Positions 16,294 to 23,731 of a stretch of 64,000 nt of DNA are shown one piece after another; position 1 is the first letter of the stretch; each line of letters starts with the position of its first letter. The stretch lies in contig CP066684.1 in the NCBI GenBank assembly GCA_016432325.1, positions 714,112-778,111 on the forward strand. Direction: 5' to 3'. The position numbers and the translations under genes were made by a program. The notes under the pieces were generated by a model. That model had not been told where the DNA came from. It worked only from the letters and a program-made list of their open reading frames with translations, and searched no databases. Source of the stretch: Candidatus Aenigmatarchaeota archaeon (GTDB lineage Archaea; Aenigmatarchaeota; Aenigmatarchaeia; PWEA01; JACQIF01).

Positions 16294-17588
16294 TGGGCTC
16301 CAAGGAGATTCTCGGCCTGAGCACATCCGACGCGACAGAACGTTTTCACAAGCAGCTCACGCTCATAGAGAAGCAGAACAAGACATACAACGCGTTCGTT
16401 ACGGTCACAGACAAATATGCGAACGCCGGATATCCGTCGCTCGCAGTCAAGGACAACATACTCGTGGAAGGCATACGCTGCACATCCTCGTCGCGCGTTC
16501 TCGAAAACTACGTCGCGCCCTATTCGGCGGACGCGCTTCATAACGTCACGACGCACCTGCGCGTCATCGGCAAAACGGTGCACGATCCGTTCGGGGCTGG
16601 AGGTTCCGGCACGACATCCGATTTCGGCGCCACGAAAAACCCGTTTGACACGACGCGCGTTCCTGGTGGCTCTTCTGGAGGAAACGGAGTCGCGCTCGCT
16701 CTAGAGCAGTGCGACTTCGCGATAGGCAGCGACACTTTCGGCTCGGTACGTGCGCCTGCGGCGTTTTGCGGCGTCGTCGGCCTGCGTCCGACGTACGGAC
16801 TCGTTTCGCGCCACGGCTTGATGGACCTCGCGATGTCTCTTGATACTATAGCGCCGATGGCCCGCGACGTTTACGGAGTCGCGTATCTTCTGGAAAGAAT
16901 GGCGAACAAGCGATACGAACTGGATAAATTCTCGGCGAGGGGACTGAAGATTGTCGTACCGACAGAACTGCTGGATGGTTCGGCGAAGGAAGTCAGAGAC
17001 GCGGTTGAAAAGGCCATAGCGACGCTCACGGACGCGGGAGCGAAACGCGTTGACGTTCGCGCGCCTAACCTGCGCTACGCTGTTCCGTCTTACTACATCA
17101 CGATGTTTGCTGAGTTCTCGTCGGCGATGCAGCGGTTTGACGGCCTGAAATACGGGCCGCGCGCGGACGGCGAGACGCCGGAAGAAGCGGTTTCAAAGAC
17201 ACGCGGTTCGTACTTGAGCGAGGAGCTTAAACGGCGCATCTTCCTTGGCACGTATGCGACGCGCAAGGAGCACGCGAACAAGTGGTACGCCGCGGCTCTG
17301 CGAGGGCGCACGCTTGTCGCGAAAGAGATGCAGGGCCTGCTGAAGAAAGGCGACTTCATCGTGACGCCGACGATGCCTGTCCTGCCGTGGAAAATAGGAG
17401 AGCTCACGACGCCGCTTCAAAATTATCTGATGGACGTAATGACAGGCCCGCCTTCTCTGGCAGGTATGCCTGCGCTTAGCGTTCCGTGCGGCCGTACTGT
17501 CGGCCTGCAGATAATCGGGAACCGGTTCAAGGACGCGGAGGTATTGCAGCTCGGTCACGCATACGAGCGACTGAGGGATTCAAAATGA
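16290..17588 (+). CDS. gatA: Asp/Glu-tRNA amidotransferase subunit A (amidase signature family)
   Basis: 432 aa. Amidase signature GGSSGGNGVALA...GSDTFGSVRAPAAFCGVVGLRPTYG. Confidence 0.93.
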   Translation: MMGSKEILGLSTSDATERFHKQLTLIEKQNKTYNAFVTVTDKYANAGYPSLAVKDNILVEGIRCTSSSRVLENYVAPYSADALHNVTTHLRVIGKTVHDPFGAGGSGTTSDFGATKNPFDTTRVPGGSSGGNGVALALEQCDFAIGSDTFGSVRAPAAFCGVVGLRPTYGLVSRHGLMDLAMSLDTIAPMARDVYGVAYLLERMANKRYELDKFSARGLKIVVPTELLDGSAKEVRDAVEKAIATLTDAGAKRVDVRAPNLRYAVPSYYITMFAEFSSAMQRFDGLKYGPRADGETPEEAVSKTRGSYLSEELKRRIFLGTYATRKEHANKWYAAALRGRTLVAKEMQGLLKKGDFIVTPTMPVLPWKIGELTTPLQNYLMDVMTGPPSLAGMPALSVPCGRTVGLQIIGNRFKDAEVLQLGHAYERLRDSK

Positions 17589-18886
17589 AGGTCGGCCTGG
17601 AGATTCACGTCTATCCGCGCACGAGTGCCAAGATGTTCTGTATGTGTTTCGTGCGCGCTGAAGACGCCAATACGTCCGTATGCCCGCGGTGCACGGGCCA
17701 GCCGGGAGCGAAACCGATGGCCCCGAACAGAACGGCAGTGGAGAAAGCCGTTGTTCTTGCCAAGGCGCTTGGTTGCAAGTTGGAAGTGCGCGCGACTGTT
17801 CTGCGCAAGCACTACTTCTATCCGGATCTGCCGTCGAACTACCAGAGAACGTCGACGCCCATCGGCCGCGAAGGTTCGTTCCTGGGCGTGCGCATACGTG
17901 AAGTGCACGTTGAGGAGGACGCCGCGCGTTACGAACCGCGGGACGGGACCGTGGACTACAACCGAGCGGGCGTACCCTTGATAGAAGTAGTTACAGAACC
18001 GGACATCAACAGCACAGACGCGGCAAAGAACTTCGTCGACGAGTTCTCGCGCCTGCTGCACTATCTCAAGATTGCGGATCCCTCGTCCGCGATAAAGGCC
18101 GATACGAACGTGTCTGTCGGCGACACGCGCGTGGAGGTCAAGAACATCAACACAACGCATGGAATCCTGGCCGCGATTGAACACGAGGCCAAAAGACAGA
18201 CCGAGCTTCTCGAGCGCGGAGGCACGCTCGTGCAAGAGACGCGCCACTGGGATGAAACGAAAGGCCGCACACTCGCGTCGCGGGAAAAGGAAACGGAATC
18301 AGACTACAGATATATGGAAGACCCGGACCTGCAGCCGATTGACATTTCGTCCGTACGCGTCGCAACGCCGGAGGACACGTTCGCCGCGCGCAAACGTTTG
18401 GAACGTGCGGGCGTGGCGCGCGACGCGGCTGTCGCCGTAACAGAGGAACAGGAGTTCGTGGCGCTGTTCGACTCGTTGTCCAAGAGGTTCGAGCCACAGC
18501 GCGTCGCCGAGTGGATAAGACGCGACCTGCGCGGCGAGCTCAACCACCGCACGCTGACGCTGGAACAGAGCGGCGTGAAAACGAAAGACGTCGAAAGGCT
18601 CATGGACGACGCGTTGTCCGAGAAGATTACGCGGCACAAGGCGAAACAGCTGTTGCGTGAGCTTCTGGACAAGAAGGAGAGCAAGCACACAACGAAAGCA
18701 TCGAAGGAGGACGTCGAGAAGGCCGTCGAGGCGACACTGCTGGCACACCAAGATGTCGTACAGAGGTACCGCGAAGGCAAGAAAGAGGCCTTCAACTTCC
18801 TGCTCGGCGAAACCAATCGCGCGCTCGGCTTCGCCGCGGACCCGAAGGAGATCGCGAAGGTTCTGAAAGAGAAGCTTAATATGTGA
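17585..18886 (+). CDS. gatB: Asp/Glu-tRNA amidotransferase subunit B
   Basis: MKVGLEIHVY..., YFYPDLPSNYQRTS, EVHVEEDAA, and the C-terminal GatB/YqeY-like helices. The start overlaps the gatA stop (ATGA at 17585). Confidence 0.9.
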   Translation: MKVGLEIHVYPRTSAKMFCMCFVRAEDANTSVCPRCTGQPGAKPMAPNRTAVEKAVVLAKALGCKLEVRATVLRKHYFYPDLPSNYQRTSTPIGREGSFLGVRIREVHVEEDAARYEPRDGTVDYNRAGVPLIEVVTEPDINSTDAAKNFVDEFSRLLHYLKIADPSSAIKADTNVSVGDTRVEVKNINTTHGILAAIEHEAKRQTELLERGGTLVQETRHWDETKGRTLASREKETESDYRYMEDPDLQPIDISSVRVATPEDTFAARKRLERAGVARDAAVAVTEEQEFVALFDSLSKRFEPQRVAEWIRRDLRGELNHRTLTLEQSGVKTKDVERLMDDALSEKITRHKAKQLLRELLDKKESKHTTKASKEDVEKAVEATLLAHQDVVQRYREGKKEAFNFLLGETNRALGFAADPKEIAKVLKEKLNM

Positions 18887-18911
18887 GCGCGCTCCAGTAA
18901 GGCAGGGAACT

Positions 18912-19280
18912 ATTAAGATCTTCATCGTCGACATAGACGGCACCATCTGCGAGCACGTTTCGAACGAGGCCGGCGCACAAAAGATGCTCGACGCCGCGCC
19001 GTTTCCTGAATCTATCGCTTCGGTGAACAGGTGGTACGACGAAGGTCACATCATATGCTTCTTCACGGCACGTACGGACGAGCACGCATCCGCGACAGAG
19101 GCGTGGCTCAAGAAACACGGAGTGAAGTACCACAAGGTAATCTATAACAAGCCGCGCAAGATTGCTCCGTACACCGAGTACCACTTCATAGACGACACGC
19201 CTGTGCGCGCGACGCGCTTCACGGGTAAGATGGGAGCGTTCGTCAGAAAAGCGAAGGAGATAGAAGTCTTCGAGGAGTAG
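18912..19280 (+). CDS. HAD-superfamily hydrolase-like protein, apparent ATT start
   Basis: The track ORF begins at 18984, but the frame is open from 18867 and encodes (I/M)KIFIVDIDGTICEH, the HAD motif I DxDGT. There is no in-frame ATG, GTG or TTG between the stop at 18864..18866 and 18984. Confidence 0.55.
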   Translation: MKIFIVDIDGTICEHVSNEAGAQKMLDAAPFPESIASVNRWYDEGHIICFFTARTDEHASATEAWLKKHGVKYHKVIYNKPRKIAPYTEYHFIDDTPVRATRFTGKMGAFVRKAKEIEVFEE

Positions 19281-19281
19281 G

Positions 19282-20226
19282 CTAGCTTCTCACTACCTTC
19301 TGCGCGGATACGAGCGCTTCGTAGTTCTCCAGAGCCAGCGCGTCGCGGAATATCTTGTCTGTCGCGGCCGCTGCCTTGTCCAGATCGCGTCCGAAATGCG
19401 CGAATACGCCGTCGCCAACGACGAAACGGCCCTTCTTCAGGGTTTTTGCGTTCGAGAAGCCCAGCTCTTCCAGAACCCGTTGCGTGTTTTGCACATCGCC
19501 TGCCTTGCACATGAGCACGAATCCGTCCTTCTCAAGAACGTGATGGACCGCGTGTCCCGTGAACTTGTCAGTGAAGACGAGCGCGTCCTCTCCATGTCTG
19601 CCGTGTTTCATCATCTCCCCAAGATCGTGCCTTATGGCGTTAATGGTGTCGGTTTTCGGAGGTTGCGGTTGCCGGACAGGCTCTGCCTCTTTCATTGTCA
19701 AACCGGTCTCAACAGGCGGTGTTTTGGTCTCAGGGGCTGGTATCGCAGCCTTCCTTATGGTACTCGACCTCTCAATCTTCGGCTCGGGCTTGCGCTTTAT
19801 CTCCACTTGCATCGTAGGAGCGTTTCGGACGCGTATGCCCGTATCGTTCAGTATGATGTTCTTGGCGTCGGCCTTCTTCTCCGCGGCCACCTCAAGAAGG
19901 TTCGTCAGCTTCTCCTCGTCCCATATCTCCATGCTAAACCTCTTGGCCAGGCCGGTTTCCTTCTCTGTAAGATCGCAGTCCACGAGGACGAGGACTATGC
20001 TGTCTATGCCAAGAACGCGCTGGATACTGTCCATGATATGGATAAAATTGCGGATGTTCTGCGAATTCTTCTCCCTGTAGACGCACTGTATCACTATCTT
20101 CTTCTTCTGGTGCTCGAGATAGAAATCGGTTTCGTAGCCGTGCAAGTCCCTGTTCCTTTCGTACGGAATCCCGCAGAGGCTGAGAAGATGCTCGACGTTC
20201 CTTTCAAGCAAAGTGGACTGCGGCAT
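19282..20226 (-). CDS. hypothetical protein; the N-terminal ~100 aa are possibly a PD-(D/E)xK nuclease-like fold
   Basis: 314 aa. GYETDFYLEHQKKKIVIQCVY loosely resembles a restriction-endonuclease-like core. It has a Pro/Lys-rich linker and an unknown C-terminal domain. Confidence 0.5.
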   Translation of the reverse strand: MPQSTLLERNVEHLLSLCGIPYERNRDLHGYETDFYLEHQKKKIVIQCVYREKNSQNIRNFIHIMDSIQRVLGIDSIVLVLVDCDLTEKETGLAKRFSMEIWDEEKLTNLLEVAAEKKADAKNIILNDTGIRVRNAPTMQVEIKRKPEPKIERSSTIRKAAIPAPETKTPPVETGLTMKEAEPVRQPQPPKTDTINAIRHDLGEMMKHGRHGEDALVFTDKFTGHAVHHVLEKDGFVLMCKAGDVQNTQRVLEELGFSNAKTLKKGRFVVGDGVFAHFGRDLDKAAAATDKIFRDALALENYEALVSAQKVVRS

Positions 20227-20339
20227 ACAACCCCCGCGTCAAGCTGCGCGGCCGTGTATAAATATGCCTGCCGGGCGCGCGGACGGACCGCAAAAAGATT
20301 TATATAGCGGTCCGCGCATTCTGTAGACGTGACGCCGAC

Positions 20340-23300
20340 GTGAAAAACCATAGGACGTTCTTGCTGACACTGTTCGCAGCGGCAATATTAATGGGCCCAT
20401 CGGCTCTCGCGCAGACTCCCGATTATCTGAACATAGACGCCGGAACGACTCCGGACGACCCGTTCTACTTCTTTGACACGACGTGGGATGGCGTCCAGAT
20501 GTTCATCGCAATCAGCCCAGAAGACAAGGCGGCGCTCGCCGCGGAAATCAGCGCGGAGCGCTTCGCCGAGATGCACCAGATGATGGAAGAGAACAACTGG
20601 GTGGCGGCCCAATCAGCGGCGCAAGGCGCCGAGTCGTGGACGGGCCAGTTCGCCACTGCGCTTGAGAGCCTGCCGCCTATTGTTGATCCTGTTGCTCTTG
20701 CAGAGATAGGAGAACTTTCTCATTATGTTAACGACTATTCAGATGCCGTACATGAGCAGTATGAAGAGCTTCTGGCGTCCGGCGAGCTTGATGAGGCGAC
20801 GGCAGACACGCTGCCTGTAGACGCCCTTGTCGAAAGCACTGTTGACGCCCAGGCCGGTTATGTCGAAGCCAAGGACGAGGTCATAGCGGCCGCGGCCGAG
20901 GAACAGGGAATCACGCAAATAGAGGCCGGGATACAGTACTCCAATGCCGAGGAGGATGTGGGCCTGACAGACGTGCAGAAGGATGCGGTCGCTACGGAAC
21001 TCGTGGACGCGCGAGATGCGGCGACTGAACTTGAGGAGGCGTACTTGGCTCTGCCTGACGGCGAGGAGAAGCTCGTCCTAGGCAACATGGTGGAGGACGC
21101 GAAGCTCAACCTGCAACAGAGCGAGTACCTGTTCAAGGCGGGCGATTATGACGCAGCTTCCGGCAATCTCATCGAGGGACAGCACTGGATATTCAACGCG
21201 CAGGACTACGCTGGCGGCGAGCTGACCGAGGACCAAAAGGCCGCCTTTGAAGAGCAGTTCACGAACGTGGAAGCCATAAGGGACGAGGTAACGGACGGGA
21301 GCGCGACTTTCGTGGAAGAGTGGGAAGCCAACAAGGACGCCCTGACAGCCGCATATCCTGAAGAGGCGGCGATTCTTGAGCAGCGCTTCGAGCAGGAGCA
21401 GAACGTTGTTGCTATAGCGACCGCCCTTGAAGAATCATATTCAACAGAGCTCAACGACCTGATTACGGCAGGCGAGGACCCGTCAGAGGCCGCTCGGATA
21501 TTGGCGGCGCAGCAGGCCGACGAATACAGGAAGGCATACGGCGAGGAGTTCGTTCCTCCGGGATTCATCGTAACGGGTGAGATTGAACTGCCTGAAGGAG
21601 CCGATGCAACTGCGGTAGAGAATTTCGCCGATCCTGAAATCGCGGCTGGCGCAGGCGGCGGCTTCGTGATAGGAACGCAGTACGTTGATCCAGTCACGGA
21701 TTACAAGTATGAGTTCGTCGAAACGGGCTGGAGATTCACGACTCCGTCCGGCCAGGCATACGAGCATCCATATCCTGAAGGATACGAACCGGCGTCCGCC
21801 TTCGAGAACGGCAACGAAGAGTACAGTTATACTGTCGACACTCCAGAAGGGCTCGCTCAATATACGTATACTCCTACCGGATACGAAGTCGTCACGCCTG
21901 AAGGAACGACCGAAACTTATGCTTACACGCCCGGGCAGTATAAGCTTCCTGACGGCAAGACAGTGAACTACAAGCCGACCGGCTACGAGATAAGGGACGG
22001 CGCGGTCGTCGAGGCAAAATACGATTACAATCCCGAGTTCAACGCCTACGCGTCCGCCGACGGCACGGTCTACAGGCCGCCTGACGGGGCGTACTACCAC
22101 TACAAGACCGACTACAGCGCAGTCGAGGGAAAATACACTTATGCCGCGGGCAGCGACACGTGGACATACGATCCCAAGACCGCTTCGTGGGCTTCCGGAG
22201 GCGGAGAGACCTACAAGCCGCCCACGGCCGTCGTAGCGCCTGTCGGTTACGAGTCTGACGGCGTTTACCGCTCGCCATCAGGCGTCAGATGGGATTACAA
22301 TTCTGGCACAGGAACGTGGGGATCCACAAGCGGGGAATCCTACAACTCTGCAAACGGCGCGTACCGCTCTGCAACAGGCGCCACAACCACGCACGCTTAC
22401 GATTACAGCAGGCCAACCTACGGCTACGATGCGAGAACGCAGGAGTACAGGTTTGACACCGTGACGCGCGAAGGCACAGGCACGTGGACATACAACCCGC
22501 AGGCGAACATCTGGACGTCAGGCTCTGGAGAAACTACAGAAGCAAGTCGCGGTTACGTGCCGCCTACCACGTTGAACTACCCAACGCCCGTGGCGTATCA
22601 GTCTCCATCGTTCTATCCATACCCATCGCCAGGACAGGCGTACGTGACGCCGGCTCCTTACCAGACACCGTCTTACCAGACTCCCAACTTCGCTTACCAG
22701 ACTCCTTACTACTCCTACCCCTCGCCCTCGTACGTTTACCCGTCGCCCGGCACGTATCCAACGCCTTCGTACGTCTACCCCACTCCGTACCAGTACCCGA
22801 CACCGGGAAATACATACCCGTCGCCATACTACGCCTACCCAACTCCGGGACAGTACTACCAGACGCCAAACTACTACATCTACCCGACGCCAAGCTCCAC
22901 GTACCCAACGCCTGCGTACACATACCCGTCTCCCTACTACTCTTACCCTTCGCCGTCTGACTCCTACCAGACTCCGTACTACGCTTACCCGTCTCCATCC
23001 TCTTACCCAACGCCCTCATACACATATCCAACTCCGGGAACAGAGTACGCTTACCCAACGCCTTCGACCACAGGATATTCGTACCCATCGCCTTCGTACG
23101 CGACACCATACACCTATCCCACTCCGGGCTCGTACCCAACACCATACTACCAGAGCCCCACGTACTACGCTTACCCCACGCCTTCCGCAGACTACGTGAC
23201 GCCAACATACTACTCGTACCCGTCGCCGTCTGAAGGCAGCTACCCGTACCCAACGCCTTCATACCCGTCTCCGTATTCGTACCCGACACCGGGAACCGGC

Positions 23301-23693
23301 TACTCGTATCCGTCGCCTTCGTACAGCTACCCGACACCTTCGTCATACACATATCCGACCCCGGGCAGCGCATACGGATATCCGTCGCCTTCGTACACGT
23401 ACCCATCCCCGACGGGTACTTACGTAACGCCTTCCTACTCGACGCCCTCATACGCCTACCCGACTCCAACAGAGGGAGGTTACTCGTATCCATCGCCTTA
23501 CCCGTATCCAACGCCGTCCGAGGGAGGTTACCCGTACCCAACGCCTTACGCGTCTCCGTCCGAAGGATATTCGTACCCATCGCCTGGTTCGTACCCAACT
23601 CCGTCCGAAGGTTATGCCTATCCAACTCCGTACGGAACTCCTGAGTCGTACGGCACACCATACGACTACCCATCTCCGTACGGCACGCCCTAG
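20340..23693 (+). CDS. large secreted/surface protein: signal peptide, acidic helical N-region (DUF5667-like), beta-rich middle, and a ~375-aa Y/P/T/S low-complexity tail
   Basis: 1117 aa. N-terminus MKNHRTFLLTLFAAAILMGPSALAQ. DDPFYFFDTTWDGVQMFIA...AERFAEM resembles DUF5667. The tail is made of YPTPS / YPSPS / YQTP units and has no C-terminal TM helix. GTG start, with a TATA (gatttatata) about 35 nt upstream. Confidence 0.8.
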   Translation: MKNHRTFLLTLFAAAILMGPSALAQTPDYLNIDAGTTPDDPFYFFDTTWDGVQMFIAISPEDKAALAAEISAERFAEMHQMMEENNWVAAQSAAQGAESWTGQFATALESLPPIVDPVALAEIGELSHYVNDYSDAVHEQYEELLASGELDEATADTLPVDALVESTVDAQAGYVEAKDEVIAAAAEEQGITQIEAGIQYSNAEEDVGLTDVQKDAVATELVDARDAATELEEAYLALPDGEEKLVLGNMVEDAKLNLQQSEYLFKAGDYDAASGNLIEGQHWIFNAQDYAGGELTEDQKAAFEEQFTNVEAIRDEVTDGSATFVEEWEANKDALTAAYPEEAAILEQRFEQEQNVVAIATALEESYSTELNDLITAGEDPSEAARILAAQQADEYRKAYGEEFVPPGFIVTGEIELPEGADATAVENFADPEIAAGAGGGFVIGTQYVDPVTDYKYEFVETGWRFTTPSGQAYEHPYPEGYEPASAFENGNEEYSYTVDTPEGLAQYTYTPTGYEVVTPEGTTETYAYTPGQYKLPDGKTVNYKPTGYEIRDGAVVEAKYDYNPEFNAYASADGTVYRPPDGAYYHYKTDYSAVEGKYTYAAGSDTWTYDPKTASWASGGGETYKPPTAVVAPVGYESDGVYRSPSGVRWDYNSGTGTWGSTSGESYNSANGAYRSATGATTTHAYDYSRPTYGYDARTQEYRFDTVTREGTGTWTYNPQANIWTSGSGETTEASRGYVPPTTLNYPTPVAYQSPSFYPYPSPGQAYVTPAPYQTPSYQTPNFAYQTPYYSYPSPSYVYPSPGTYPTPSYVYPTPYQYPTPGNTYPSPYYAYPTPGQYYQTPNYYIYPTPSSTYPTPAYTYPSPYYSYPSPSDSYQTPYYAYPSPSSYPTPSYTYPTPGTEYAYPTPSTTGYSYPSPSYATPYTYPTPGSYPTPYYQSPTYYAYPTPSADYVTPTYYSYPSPSEGSYPYPTPSYPSPYSYPTPGTGYSYPSPSYSYPTPSSYTYPTPGSAYGYPSPSYTYPSPTGTYVTPSYSTPSYAYPTPTEGGYSYPSPYPYPTPSEGGYPYPTPYASPSEGYSYPSPGSYPTPSEGYAYPTPYGTPESYGTPYDYPSPYGTP
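22560..23693 (+). repeat. degenerate in-frame tandem repeats encoding (Y-P-[TS]-P-[SG]-x-Y)n
   Basis: Repeated tacccaacgccttcg / tacccgtcgcc units are visible throughout. The long antisense ORFs here (for example 22564..23673) are by-products. Confidence 0.8.
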
Positions 23694-23731
23694 CGTTAAC
23701 AATTTAAACTGGGAAACACCAGCGGTTCCTT

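Noticed and set aside
22564-23673. 369-aa minus-strand ORF inside the Y/P/T/S repeat region.
   Set aside because: It is an artefact of the low-complexity repeat, which stays open in several frames. The + strand frame is continuous with a signal-peptide-bearing protein.
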